From Marsupella aquatica (Eukaryota; Plantae; Marchantiophyta), in the NCBI GenBank assembly GCA_973895155.1, contig OZ316893.1:3702490-3766489 (forward strand): DNA of 64,000 bases. Direction: 5' to 3'. A model generated the notes under the pieces. The model was given only the letters and a program-made list of their open reading frames with translations, did not search any database and was not told the origin of the DNA. Shown piece after piece: positions 1 to 14,200 of the stretch (its first letter is position 1; each line of letters begins with the position of its first letter). A program made the position numbers and the translations under genes.

Positions 1-1095
1 CCATTGACCTGGTTGGGAGAAGCTTTTCAAGCTCCAAGCAGTTGCGACCTTCCTCAGCTCCGCTGTCTCTGGGTCTCTCCTCTGCAGCCCACATGTCTTG
101 ATAGTTGATACCCTACCAGGCTTTCACTCAATCACCCTGCCTCCCTGTTTCTTGTGGTTTGACTTCCAGTGTTCCATCAATCGGACTGTAAAATTGTCAG
201 CTCAATTGTCTTTTGTGTTGGGTGCAGATTGAGTCATTGAGGATTTGAGCCTTTCGTGGGGTGCAGAGATTCTCATGCACCGACCCAAATGGGCCAAGGC
301 AACAAGGAACCTGCTGCAGAAGTGAAGTGTAGCAAAGAAAGTAAACTACGTAGTATATTCTGGGAGGATATGATCATGCACAAAAATAGGAATCGGACTT
401 CATTCGTGTCCAGCGGCCTTGGAAGAAGCGGATGGAGCCAGGTCAAAGGATAGGTTGCTCTGCAGGACTTCAATGGTGGCGGTGGGGAAAGGAAGCGCGT
501 TATCCGCTGCTTCACCTGAAATCAGTGCAAGGTAAGTTAGTGCAAGTTGCCAATGCCGAAGTCAAGAACGGAGGAGCGCGAAAGGATTGCGACGAGCTGG
601 TAATCCCTTGCGGCCGACCTTGTTGTGCGGCCGATTCTCCTTGAGTTGCGGAGATCGGCGAGAGAGTGCTCTCTGTCTGTCTCCCAGTTGCACTGTCACG
701 GCAATAAAACTACTGTGCAGATTTCATTCGAGAACGAAGGGCCACAAAGGATTCGATTGATGGGAACAGTTCTGGTGGGAACTGGGAAGTGAGTGCGGAA
801 CAACGGTGTGACAGGTAACAATTTCGAGGAGAACAGAGAGCGGCCGACCGACTCTTGATGAGATTGTTGAAAGTAGAGTGGATATTTCGGAGCTGGACTG
901 GACTCGTACAGTATTGGAGGAGTAGCAGATTTTTGAAGGAGGAGACGGAGGTGGGAGCTCAAAGGCAACGAGGAGTTGGACACGGGAGGTAGCATCTGCG
1001 GTGATTTTTTAGGGAGACGCTGTGGGGTTTCTGTATAAAACGAGAAGGGTTGGTTTTAGCGAGTTTGTTGTCAATACAGTACTTGGAAGGACATC

Positions 1096-1821
1096 ATGGG
1101 GCAAACGGTGTCCTTGCCTGAGTGCGTCACTGGAGGATCCGTGGTCCGTGTGATGAAAACTGACGGAGAGTTTGTTCAATTCGATTTCCCATGCATTGCC
1201 GCTGAAGTAATGGTGCAGCACCCGGGGCACATAGTGGTGCATTGTTCTCAGGTGAATAAGAACAATCTTGGGCAGAGGACCAAGATAACCATCATACTCC
1301 CTGACAGGCCCCTCTTACCTGGCCAACCTTACATGCTCTATCCCATACCTGATCAATACAAGAAGAGCTTGGCAAGGTCAAAGTCGTTTTCTATGCTGAA
1401 GTCGAAGTTTGAATCGACCAATCTCCCTGCAGTGAGTCCCGCGGAGAAGAGGCAGGGCAGACGAAAGGCTTTGAAAATGATTTTCACAAGGTTGAACTTG
1501 GCCACTTATGTAGCTTCCAACATGAACGAAAGCAACGAGGTCGAGCATAGTGGCGCAATTCAACCTGACCGAAATTCTGCACAGGTGCAAGAAATTCAAG
1601 AAGAGAGTGAGGACACGGACCAGCTGACGGTGCAGTTACCGAATCCTGCTGACTTGAATTTTGCTTGGAGACCAATTTTGACCACAATTCCGGAGTCACC
1701 TCTTGGGTTCCATAGTCATCCGGAATCGCCCTTGGGGCTTTACAAGATGGACGGTGCCATTCCTCATTCACCTCTTTCTGTGGGTTCTCGTCCCTTGCCC
1801 CCTTTTGTCACTGCTTCATGA
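1096..1821 (+). CDS. PADRE/DUF4228-domain protein, intronless (241 aa)
   Basis: N-terminal MG..S; VRVMKTDG..F..P..AAEVM..HPGH; LLPGQPYMLYP; C-terminal WRPILTTIPE, the W.P.L.TI.E signature of the plant DUF4228 family. Confidence 0.8.
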   Translation: MGQTVSLPECVTGGSVVRVMKTDGEFVQFDFPCIAAEVMVQHPGHIVVHCSQVNKNNLGQRTKITIILPDRPLLPGQPYMLYPIPDQYKKSLARSKSFSMLKSKFESTNLPAVSPAEKRQGRRKALKMIFTRLNLATYVASNMNESNEVEHSGAIQPDRNSAQVQEIQEESEDTDQLTVQLPNPADLNFAWRPILTTIPESPLGFHSHPESPLGLYKMDGAIPHSPLSVGSRPLPPFVTAS

Positions 1822-4800
1822 TTTGTTTCAAACATCTCGTTGCACCAGCGCAGGCACACGGGAAGTAACTGGGCCGAAATGTTCTTGTCAATTGTGTGGC
1901 GTCCTCTGCACTAGGACGCACCTTTGATGGGGACTACCCAGTCCTCAGTGCCCAGGGGGAGTGTACGGTGCGTAAATTATCGGGACCTTCAGCATTGAAG
2001 CTCTTGGTGTTCATGAACGACAATTGGTATATTATGTCAGAATCGTACTATGTTTCAGTTTCAATCCAGGTTTAAGGTCATGCTCTGTGTGGCTCTACAT
2101 CAGCACCAGACGTTTGGACGATGGAGCAACAATTAGGCAGCTCACATGGGCTTTGTAAAGCAGTCCGGAGGATGTGGAACACAGAGGCTTCAGATATGTC
2201 ATGGCCATCTGTAGTTCATGATTATTAGGGTAGAGGTGAGAGCCGTCCCTCATAAGGCTTTCGCATTGATTGGTATTCTTTCGAGGTAAATGAGTGCTTG
2301 TCCGGCCGACCCTGGGGAAGACATTGTATGACCAGAAGTTCCTGCAGTGCTAAAAGGAAATGATCCTGGGCAGAATTTGTCAAGTTGCCGACAGTTTGCC
2401 GGTTGCGGATTGGAAACGGGGATGCGTGCTAAAGGACTTTCGAACTTTAAAGAAGTTTGTAAGTTTGTTATCAAACTTACTTGTGCCACCATTTTGAGCA
2501 CTTCTGTACAATTATTTCAAATTAAGCGCCTGGGAGCGCCAAGCTTCACCCTGTCAAAGTAGCTGTTTATCACGGGAAGTTTTATCGAGTTGTTTTTCCA
2601 AGAAATTGCTCGGAATGGTGTTGATATGGTCCAACGAGAATTCGAAGAGGTGTCGTGTGCACGTTGCGAAACTCATTCAAATTCCAGTGTTTGGTGTATA
2701 TGTAACCATTTTGTGTGTTTTGCGAGCTGGATGTTACATTATTTGATAACTTCCTCACCAATCTAGTACCCACATGTTTTCGGGGTTGTTAATCCGAAGA
2801 GTCTTAACTTCAGTGGATTATTTCCTCAGGTGCTTGGTCTAAGTGTTGTTATGTTAAAGGTGTGAACGTCAAAGCAATCTCTAGTGTTGGTAAAGTTCCT
2901 ATTACCGTAGTTTACGTCTATCGTCATCCGAAGATTGCAATCGGGCTTGGTTGCCGTGAACCTCACACAAAATTCAGGCCGTCACGTTTCTGTTCTGAGA
3001 TTTCGAGGTAATGCGGCTTGTCTTCGATTAAATGCCATTTGATGGGCATCAGGCAGTCGTTGGGAAGATACGTACCTACCTACGGCGAGAATGTAGTACA
3101 TGTAGATCAGAAAAAATGGTGAAGTATTGTCTGGTCATAGATGCCGTCCCTCGGCTAACTTGTACATTATTGGTGAATTATTCTCGGGCCTCAGCCTTAT
3201 CCACCAGATGTTCACAGAACAACTCAAAGATGCTTGGGACGGAGTTTAGTAGCATTGTGTCTGACATTTCAAGCGTCGTGGACCCAAGTTGAGCATGAAC
3301 AATTAACTTGAAATCTGGGACGAATGGTGATTCATCCAGCTTTTGAATTTGAGGAAGTCAACTTTCGAGTCGTTGAGCCTTACGGAGTTAATACCCTGTT
3401 GTCGAAGTGAAGTAAATTGGAGACAACAACATACGCTTGGCGTGCTTGAGATGACATGACTGCACCTGGGTAACGGTTCACGTGAAGTTCGCATTCAAAC
3501 TGCTGATGTTCTTGGAGGACACTTTTTGAGTCTTATCAAATGCGAACATCACACGCAGCGTCAAGACCAGTTTACTCAGATATAGACAAGCTGTAATTCC
3601 TGTCTGGCCAAGGTGACTGATATTCTTTGTTTTAGAATATTCATTACTGATTAGGTAGGTACCAACCATACAACCCCCTTCCTTCGTTTCTTCACAGGAA
3701 ATGCCACCCGGAATTAAGGCAAGGTTTCGTGTAATCGAGCACAAGCAGAAATAACGATTTCGAGACATCCTGCCCTGTCTTTTCTGTCTCATCGTGGCAA
3801 ACCCTATTGCCGGACGTACCTTCTTTCTCTTGCCCTTTTTTCTGGGGCCCTTGCGGACTAAAGTCAATTCAGTCAAATTCTCCAGAACGACATTATTCCA
3901 GATGCAGTAATCAGGAGACAAATTTGTTTGAAGTTGGATGGCAGAAGTGTGTTCCCCGGATCATTGGGATGGCAATATTTACAATTTCTAACGCTACCTT
4001 GTACACACGAAATTGTGACAGAATTCCAAAATGTGACTAGCTAGACAGTAGTTGTGGAATTCAGGAGGAATTAGAGGGAGCCTGGGAGTGCTCGTTCTCA
4101 CTAAAGGAAGTGGCAAGCTCACGAACACAGTCATGAGAAATAAATGTCAGGGCTCACGAGCACGAAACGATAGGACTGACTCTCGTTGATAGGCCCGTCG
4201 TTCTCGCCGTCCTCTAGCACGAAAATGACATCCCCCCCTCTGAAACTCTCCACCGAGTCACACAATCGATCCCGCAGAGAGCCGCCCAATTCGCCAATCA
4301 CCTCTGCTCTGATTCTCAGAGTCTCCAGGTCCTCCTTGCTAGTTTCCTTGTAATCCTTTTTCAGTTGGATAGTCTCGACCTTGGCCCTTTTGCAGCTCCG
4401 TTTTGTAGACGTCTGGCAGCAATCGTCCAGGCGCCCAGCGTCGTTCCTCTTCTTCGTCGGAGCGCCCAGCCGGCACTGGCTGCAGCACGGTAATACCGTA
4501 CAAACGCAGGATAATCTGGGCTATTCCTATTCAAGATTCCATGGCTGCGATGTCAGGATTAATGGGATATGACTTTCAACTTAAAGAAAAGAGTAATGCA
4601 CGATCAACTGACTTGGTTTTTAGCCTTGTCACCCTTTTCCCACACTCATCTTTCAAAGCGTTGGTGTAAATTATTTGAGAATGTCATGGATGACAAACTG
4701 TGACATTCCTATGTACACTACCCTGGCTGGCAGCAAATGCTTTACAAGCACAGGTATTCTGGATTGTGGTCGTACAAAAGATTTTGAATACTAAGGTCTT

Positions 4801-5459
4801 AATAACCCCAAACTTGCTTAATCTGTGTCTTAAACGAGTATACGTGGTATTAACGAACTAGGACCGTGCCTCCAGAAGATAATAAGCTCGAAGGTGGGCT
4901 CGGCTAGTTCCCAAGGATTCTGCACATTCCAGACCGGCCCAGTCCTTACTGCAGCTTGGATAGGATCAGCTCCTCAGCCAAGCATTCGACTCAGCTGGTG
5001 ACGTGGAACCTACGTGGTTCACGGAAGTGATAAGGGCCGGTCATAGCAAAGTGCCGGTATTACACCTCTAACACTTCCTGCTCATTCAGACTTCACATCC
5101 AATAACGGTCCCGGACCGTCTTTCTTCAAGATATGACATGGCTATACATGGCACACTTACCGCTCTACTTTGTTTCAAGAAAGACCTTAGAAAAGGAGCA
5201 GGACTTGACTTGGCAAACATCGACAACAGATTGATTCCTGTTGTATTCCTTGTCAAAGCGTCAAGGTTATCGCAATCTGCACAACTGGGCTCATAGCGCA
5301 AGTTTGACTCTAATCTACCAGAGTCAGTCAATACAATGAATCTGACCCCGCCACTCAACATAATGATCCAATTATGATCGGTTATCGAACTTTTGTATTT
5401 TAAGGCCTCATTATGAACATCGCCAAGCACTATCCGTGGCACTCTACAAATTCCAGGGT

Positions 5460-8400
5460 TTACGAGAAACTGTTACTACTATTACTGCTACTACTACTAT
5501 TACTACTACTACTTTGTTCGCCGCTTTGTGAAAATAATTGATCCAAAGTTGGGTCACTAAAGTCCCTCTCCTGCAGAAGTTCTCCATCTTGAGGAATATG
5601 AATTCTCTTCTTATTGCTGAAAAATGAGTCGAGCCTCCCTGAGGTAGTGCCGCCTGGGGGTTCAGAGCTGTGTTGTGGTTCGGCATCTGGTTTCCTTATT
5701 GTTTGGGGACTTACTGAGATGTCAGAGTTTACCCTGGGGGTTGCTGTGGCCCAAAAATCTTCTTTGGTCAAGCTAGTGTCTGGATTGTATGCGGATTTCT
5801 TCCTTTGATCCTCTTTGGCGTCATGAGTCAACCCAGTATGTCCGTTCTCCTTCTTAACAGGATGTCTTACCTCTTTAGATGGACCTTTCATCTGAGATGA
5901 ACTTGAGGTGCTGATATTTGTGTTCGGATTTGGCACCATGCCCTTCCACGAGGTCTTAATGTCCTTCATGAAACGTCGGTTTCGGCCGTTGGAAGGAGCT
6001 CCACCTTTCTCGTTCAAAGTGGGAACACTTGATCTGCTGTCGTCTGAACTATGGGCTTCTTCCCCCAGGCGCCGAGATAGCTCTTTTAGAATTCTCCGTT
6101 CAGATGCTTGCTGCGACTTCAGCGTCTTCGTCATTCCTGATACCAGAAGGTCAAGTTGTTTTGCTTGCTGTGCCTGCAAACGATAGCCAGCACTATTAAA
6201 AATATGGGCAAACATCTTAACTCAGACTTTTTCAGCTTTACAGAGTGGTGACCTCTAAGACACAAGACAGCTATATTGATAAAATCTTGGCTGCTCTTAA
6301 CATCTATTATAGAGATCTTCTGTCATGTATTTCCTGGAAGCCCTGAAAAAATTACCGAGTTGGGACAACTTCACCACCTTTGGTAGTTGCACAGAGCATG
6401 CCACTGGTGTGACAGAAGAGAGCAAAAATGAGATACCCTTATGTTCATAGAACAGTAATGTTTGGTAGACACGACTTTACACAAGAAAGCGATCATGCCC
6501 AGATCAAAGGTGCAAGAGGTCATACCATATACCCATGTTCCCTTAAACTATCCAGAAGAAGCAGACTCGTCTGCGTATTCAATGTACAATCTCGAAAGCA
6601 AGAGGGCCTAAACTTACGCGAAACACACCTCTTAATCCTCTTCATCTGTAAATAAGGAAATGATTCAAAATCTTCTCTAGAGTTGCAGAAATTGGGCACA
6701 TTGATGCCCGTAGAAAAAAACTGTCCAAACATGAAGAGAACGAACGCACACAAACGACTCCTAAGGGAAAACAATCATCGAAATGAAGCTGTCGCAACTG
6801 CAAAGGATAACAAAACTGTCAGTGCCAATGAGGACAAGCTATACTGAGAAACAAGTCATCGTCTTGGGTTTAAACGTCTATACCTTTCACTACATAGGGC
6901 TTTGACGGGTCAAATTCAAGCCAATCACACACAACTAGGAGTCTCCTTTCTCTAGGTCAAAAGTCACCGAAATTTTCGAGTGCAGGGGAACTCACGGGTA
7001 CAAGAAACGCAGGAACCCCCAAGAGCCATAGCAATGATTGGGAAATTAACCAGTCGGTGCAATTGCAATCAGCAGCCAATCCTTACTCTCCAAGAGAGAG
7101 CTACGCAAAAATTCAACATAACGTGAGGCGGTACCAACCTGCATGGCAACTAAAACTCGCTGGGTTTCCTCGAGTTCCTTTTCAAGAAACTTTTCACGGC
7201 TGGCCAGTACCCGGACGACTTCAGATGTCTTCTGAGAGAGTTCTACTGTCTGCACAATAGTCCAAACGGAAGCATTAAGCAATAAGCTGAGGAGAATTTG
7301 ATGCTTACTATTGATAGGTCATAAAAGCAAAGAAACTGTATCCTCACACACGACGCAATTACGATCCTCTTCCTGGATTTTACTTCATCCGCAATAAGCT
7401 GAGTAGACTTTGAAATCTGCATTTTTATTCCTGTCAGGTCCTGACTAAGCATGTCGTGACACTCACTTCATGAATTGGATCTCGCAGGGTCCGTCGTGTC
7501 ACTCGGAAGCGAACTCCAAGCTTCTCCAAATGCCTCGAAAGCATTTGTGAAATGGCGGCCACACTTTGCACATCTTCTTCGAGCTTTCCCACCCTCTGGT
7601 CCAAAGTAAAGTCTTTGATACTTCTCTCCTCCCATACTTTCTGAGTAGATTTCGTTGAAGACCTTCGATGCACGGTTCTCAAAACTGCATTGATCACGAG
7701 CGCAGCCCACAAAGCAGGGACATACCATGCTGAAAGGTCTCCAAGCTTCGGAAGGAACTTGCTCTCTTCAGCTGACGATGAAGCAACCTGTAAGAATTAT
7801 ATCATTTCCCGTTCTTTCAAAAAGACTTCCGTTTCAAATCATTCAGGAAGACCACCCTGACAATGACTGCCAGCTCAAACGAAGAGGCAACAGAACTAGC
7901 GAGAAAAATGGAGAGAGTGCAAAGCAAGTGAGGCCAACTATAAGATTCTCATCGTCAAAGCTTACGTGGGAAGATTGTTTGTTGCGGAAGACTGAGGCCG
8001 TATAGGACCCAGCAGCTACTACTATGCAGAATCCTTCCGTGACAGCAAGAGCATTGGTGCCGTCCCAGCTCGGCTTACGACTTTTCAGTATATTACCCTC
8101 ACCATTGGAACCTAAAAGTATCCTCAATACCAAGTTAGTCTCCGCAAAGTATACCATCGATATTGCACAAACTTATGAATGCCTCTCTGGACATGCCTCT
8201 CTGGACATCCACAAGGACGTCAACCCCAAACAAAAGCCGAAAGGTGGTATGAGCATCAATCTTGTCGGTCAAGTAAACACGCCAGTAATAATCTATCTTA
8301 ATCTTGAACTGCCGGAACCAGGAATCCTCACCTGTATTCACGACCTTCTTCTGGGCATTCACTACTTGCAGGCTCGGAAGATGGGCACGGTCCCTGGCTG

Positions 8401-8632
8401 CAGAGTGAAAATTTCCTATCAGAAGAATCCCATGAAGCGAGGAAACTCCACCCAGGAACAGAGATCGCTTCAATGGCAACCCCTTGAAGGAACCCCCGAG
8501 CGAAGGCCCGCTGCAGGGCAACGGGAGGGGCATCGGATATGATGCTCCCGGTGAGAGGATCTTCGAGTACGATCTTCGGGTACACGGAGCACCTGCTACT
8601 GCTGCTGCTGCTGCTGTGACCGAACACGGCAT
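5460..8632 (-). CDS. Plastid-targeted transmembrane/coiled-coil protein, AT5G65250-like, 5 exons
   Basis: Phase-compatible GT-AG exons at about 8632-8332, 8111-7966, 7787-7467, 7249-7139 and 6173-5460. Ala/Ser-rich transit-peptide-like start (MPCSVTAAAAAVAG). Core RVGKLEEDVQS..LSRHLEKLGVRFRVTRRTLRDPIHE|TVELSQK..LEKELEETQRVLVAMQ|AQQAKQLDLL resembles, from memory, the AT5G65250 family. Confidence 0.75.
5470..5513. repeat. Imperfect (ACT)n microsatellite encoding a poly-Ser/Asn C-terminus
   Basis: ttactactattactgctactactactattactactactact; translates as SSSSNSSSSSNSSNS on the minus strand. Confidence 0.8.
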
Positions 8633-9448
8633 TGCGACCCCCTCTCCTTACCTCAGCATCAGACTGACTACTTCGTCAAGAACTTCATCGAGTCATCCGA
8701 ACAACCACACAGGGCCATAAGTTCTCAATTCTTCTAAAAGACACTCAAATGGAAAGAGTCCTCCTTCTCTTCCAATTTTCCACCTTCTCCGCTACAGCTG
8801 GATCGTTAATCCTTAAGCTAGACCAATCCCTAAAACCATTCACTGACATACCCACCAAACAATCCGTCCCCTCTTGCAGTGCTGAAATTCCGAAGCATAA
8901 ACCAAGAATTCACCCTACAAACACACATGCCCTGTCAGCTGAACCCTTTCTCACCAATCCAATCTGTCCTATCATCTATTCCGTTGGATAACCACAACCA
9001 ACACAGGAAAACCATGTCAAAGTCTATCCAAGCTCGATTCCACTCCGAAACAAAACCACCCGACAATGAGTACAGTCAGTAGATTTCGCATACACCTCCA
9101 AACTATCAACTTCTCCTTCAACCCAGCTGCTGCCCGCTTGCAGTCCTCATCGCATCCCAGCTCGTTAGAGCAGGACGGCGGGGCAGAGGAGCATCGCAGG
9201 ACAGGACACAGAGAGAGAGCTAGAGATGGGTGTGTGCAGGTGACTGAATGTTTGGAAAGCAAAATTCTGCGGAGCTCCCGAGAACTCTGTTCGCCATGTC
9301 GGCAAGCTTGGAGTCTTCCGCAATGCTGGGGGATATCGGTTCCTCCTCGTGGCAGCTTACGTAAGCCGGATATGTCATGTTGACATGACCCTTCACACTT
9401 CACCCTTCTTACAGAAATGTGCAGTGGTTACTTTAGAGCAATGCAATA

Positions 9449-9979
9449 GGGCGTGTCAAAGCCCTGTCATAACAATAGGGCTTGTCAAAGGAATGTCATA
9501 ATCAAAGAGCAATGTCATACTCAGGGTCTGTATTTTTAACTAGTCCTGATGATAACTTGTGTCGTATTGATCTTCCTTATGAAGTGTGACACAAAATTAT
9601 CTTCCAGGGCTAGTGTGTATGTCTAGATCGTAACTCTCAATAACGACACAATTGATTGTGAGAGTGGACAGAAAGCAGGGATGGGGGCAAAGATGGCCAG
9701 GAAGTATTAGCATAGAATTATTTATGTCTTTGTCTCTACCTATGTTTGAAGAATGGGTAATCAGGCTAGTTAGTATTACCCTAGTTAGTAGTACTACAAC
9801 TTGTTAATCAGGCTAGTTAGTATTACCCTAATTAGTAGTGCTACAACTTGTTGTTACAGATATCCATTTTTTGCACGCCTGATAAAGTGGTGCAGGTTTA
9901 TATGTATTGCATAGGGTTTTTGTCCTCAGGATTAATGTCCTTGGCCCTAACTCACTAAGAGCCCTGCTTTGACATGCCC
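9449..9979. mobile_element. Putative MITE (~530 bp, PIF/Harbinger-like ends)
   Basis: Ends gggcgtgtcaaagc ... gctttgacatgccc (14-bp TIR, 1 mismatch), TA-containing flanks, AT-rich non-coding interior with a 47-bp tandem duplication (~9758-9852). Confidence 0.55.
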
Positions 9980-11238
9980 TAAGAGTGTACAATGTGATCT
10001 TTAGATTTTATTTGAAAAATTACCCTGGACATTGTCAAGTATTGTCACTCCATTGTCGAGTATTGTCAGTAGTAAGTAGTGTTGAGCAAAAGTGAAAGGG
10101 TTAGGCACTCCAGGGAATTGATGAGCCTGCCCTAGCAATTGGATTCAAAGATTGTGCTAGTGGTGCCACCCATTCTCTAGAGACGACACTGAGGGCACAA
10201 ACTAAGGATAAAGTTATCACTCTACACAAAAAATTGCACATGATTGCAAGAAATATTTAAGTAAAATAGGATGAGCCCCAAAGACCTCCAAGGCACGTGG
10301 GAGAAAACAAATAATCTACTTGAGATACAATCCACCATGCACAAGTGCACTGTGTACATTTGCATCGTGCATACTTGGTGTTTTTGGTGTTCTTCCCAAA
10401 TAGATTTGGCAATAGATTTGGTGTTTACCTCTGTAAATGAACCAAAGAAATGAAGATTTTGTTGAGCATAGACGATATTCGTAACGGCAAGTCCATGAAC
10501 CATCCAATGCACAATAGTCGACACAGAGAGATTCGTGGTTCACCCTCCACATGAGGCTACGTCCACGGGAACACACAAGAGCTTTACTGCAATCTAGGCC
10601 GACCGGCCATACCAAGCATCCACAGCACAAGCTCTCCCTATCTCTCAACTAGCTCCGTAACAATGAGCCTAAGTTCCACAGGGTCTGGCATCAGCCCTGG
10701 CTTGTTGAACTAAGACGTCATTCGCAACGACCATACAACCATGACTTATTCCATGCACACGTAGTCGACACAATCTCTACGTGGTTCACCTCTTCTCCAA
10801 GGCTACGTCCACACGAACACTCAAGCTTTACTTCAAGAGTAAACGAACACACATGCTCTCCATCTTCCTCAAGTTGCTCCGTTACAATGAGTAAGCACCA
10901 CTAACCAACGGCTTACACTAGCCCTGGTATATACAAGGTCACACACGACTAATCTAACCTTAGCTAAGACCCTAACTGTGGTTAGCCTAAGTGCCGTAAC
11001 CTTTGAGTCACAAGACTAAGAGCAATCCTTAACAAACTCCCCCTTGACTCTAGTCTTTGGGACTACAATTTCTGCTATCCATATGAGATACTCAACGGGA
11101 AATTCTAGACAATCACCTAAAACCATAGTTGTCCCCCTAAAAACCATTTAAGGTTAACTAAGAGTTAACTAGAATTAAGCCGTAGCCATAACAGGATTGA
11201 GTAACTCATATACATAAATCACATCTTGTTAAGTTACT

Positions 11239-14200
11239 CTACTTGTGCTGCAAATGCAAAACCTGCAAAGTAGCACGGTGTCTTGAGTAACTCTCCAAAG
11301 GAATCACTTTGGTAAAAGCATCAGTCGGGTTGAGTTTTCCATCAATCTTGACTAGCTCAAACATTTTATCAGACACTGCTTGCCTAATAAAATGGTACCT
11401 GATGTCAATGTGCTTCACCCTGCTATCCATCACCTGGTTAATAGCTAGGTGAAGCGCACTCTGGCTGTCACAATGAAGAGCCATTTTTCCATGCTCCAAT
11501 CTCATCTCAATGACCAGCTTATCCAACCAAATTGCTTCCTTTGTTGCTTCTGCTGCTGCAACATATTCTGCTTCTGTAGTAGACTGAGATGCACACTTCT
11601 GCAAGGTAGATCTCCAACTTATGCATCCTCCTCCAAGAGTAAACACATACCCAGTCGTTGACCTCCTTGTTTCCAGACAGCCTCCGTAGTCAGAATCTAC
11701 ATAGCCAACCAAAGATTTGGTTTTGTTTGATTTACTATCAAACAACAGACCATAGTCTATTGTGCCTTTAAGATACCTGAGAATCCATTTCACAGCCTCC
11801 CAATGTACCTTCCCTAGATTTGACATGAATCTACTCACTTTGCCCATTGCTAGGGCTAGATCAGGCCTGGTACATGTCATCAAATACATTAGAGTGCCCA
11901 TTACCTTCTCATAAGGAACCTTAGTCATCAAGCCTCTCTCCACTGGATCCGTGGGGCAGAAAGCCGATGATAACTTGCAATGTGGAGCCAAAGGAATACT
12001 TACTGGCTTACAATTTTCTATGTTGAATCTTGCAAGTACCTTTTCAGCATACTTGCCTTGATTCAGCCACAATTGTCCAGTTTCAAAGTTCCTCGTAATC
12101 TCCATACCTAAGATCCTTTTGGCTTTCCCAAGATCCTTCATTCAGAATTCAGAACTCAATTTTGCTTTGAGTTTGTCAACCTCAGTTTAATCCTTAGCCG
12201 CAATCAACATGTTATCCACATAGAGCACCAGAATGAGCAAACCAAACACACCATTCTTGACTGATTTCGTATACACACAAGGGTCATACACCATCCTAGT
12301 GAATCCTTGTGCAAGCATGAAATCATCAAACCGCTTGTTCCACTGTCGAGGAGTTTGCTTCAATCCATACAAGGACTTAAGCAATCTGCAAACTAAACTC
12401 TCTTGGCCCTTCTTCACAAAGCCCAGTGGTTGCCTCATGAAAATTTGTTTTTCCAAGGTGCCATAGAGAAAAGCAGTAACAACATCCATTTGATCTAACA
12501 CCAGATCAAAAAACACAACAAGTTGACACAAAATGTGTATTGTGGAATACTTGGCAAATGGAGAGAAGACCTCATTGTAATCCACTCCCTTCTCTTGAGT
12601 GAATCCCTTGGCAACAAGCCTTGCCTTATATATCTTGTCTCCTCCATCTGAAGAGTTGTCCTTCAGTTTGTAAATCCACTTGCTATCCACCACTTGTTGA
12701 TCACTTGGCAGCTGCACCAGCTTCCATGTTCTGTTGTCACTTAAAGATTGCAACTCCCTCTGCATCGCTGCATTCCATTCATTTTTCTCGTCTGAAATGC
12801 ACGCATCATGATAAGAAGAAGGTTCTTCTTCCAAGATCAGTGCTCTGTCATCATCTTCAGGTGCAATGTCAACATCATCTAACCTTGATGAATCTGTCCA
12901 TTATCCATACCTTGTAGGAGCTCAAGTAGTACGTCTCGATTTTCTAGCTGATGATTCTGGTTGATCTTGTTCTGTTGGTTGAATTTGAGGTATTCCAACA
13001 ACAACCTGCTTCTCTTGTTCCAATACCGGAACTAGCTCCATTCTCAGAGCACCTCCTTCATTTATGTCATGAAAACTCTCATGACCAATCTCCCCCACAA
13101 CATGGTCCAGGATAGGAGATTTACCTTTGTCAGTACGGGAAGCCTGAGCATTCTCCCCCTCCTTTGATGATCTAGATTCATTAAAGGATACATCTCTACT
13201 GACAAGCAATGTACAAGCTTCTGGATCCCATAGCCTATAATCTTTTACACCTGGTTGATAACCAAGAAAAAAACACTTCTTGGAAGTAGAATCTAGTTTA
13301 GATCGATTCTGCTTAGATGTGAGAGCATATGCATCACTTCCAAAGACTCTCAAAACCTGATAGTCTGCGTGCCGTCCATACCTCATTTCAAACGGCGTCT
13401 TGAAATTGATTGCACTTGAAGGAGAAAGATTTACCAAATAAGTTGCCGTATTTATAGCTTCAGCCCAAAATTCATGCGGTAAACCTGATTGGCTCAACAT
13501 ACTCCTCGATCTCTCCAATAGTGTTCGGTTTAGCCGCTCACAAACACCATTCTGTTGAGGAGTATAAATTGTCGTGAGATGACGAGTAATCCGTTGCTCT
13601 GCACAATGTAGTTCAAATTCACTTGAACTATACTCCCCGCCGTTATCTGATCACAGATATCTCACCTTGGATCCAGCCTAATTCTCAATTTGGGCTTTCA
13701 ACTTCTTAAAAGTGCCAAAAACTTTAGACTTGGCGTGTAGAAATGTGATCCACACATACCGTGAGTAATCATCAATGAACGTGATATAGTAGAATTTTCC
13801 AGAAAGTGAGGGAGTTGGGGCTAGACCCCACACATCACTATGTACATACTCAAGTATAGTTTTGGTATTGTGAGTTCCAACACCAAAGGTTCTCCTGTGC
13901 TGCTTCCCAAGCACACAGTTTTTACAAAAATCTAGCTTAGTAGATTCCAAATTAAAAAGAAGTCCTTTCCTACGAAGTACCGCCAAACCCTTTTCACTCA
14001 TGTGTCCCAATCTGCAGTGCCATAACTGAGTCATCTCGCCTTGAGATCTAGTTACATTGGCTTCTTCACAAATCACGTTGCCCTCCAACAAATATAGATT
14101 CTTGTGTCGCTTACCCTTCATGACAACCTTGCCTCCGGTTGACACTTGAAGAATTTACCATCAGCATAACTCCACCGACATCCATTTGCTTCCAGCATTC

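Noticed and set aside
2250-5086. Scattered 60-150 aa ORFs between the first two genes
   Set aside because: No motifs and no consistent exon chain; no tRNA or snoRNA structure recognised.
8024-8542. 172-aa plus-strand ORF
   Set aside because: Antisense shadow of exons 1-2 of the minus-strand gene.
11035-11238. Possible env-like ORF (Sirevirus) after pol
   Set aside because: Only ~200 bp separate the pol stop from the 3' LTR.
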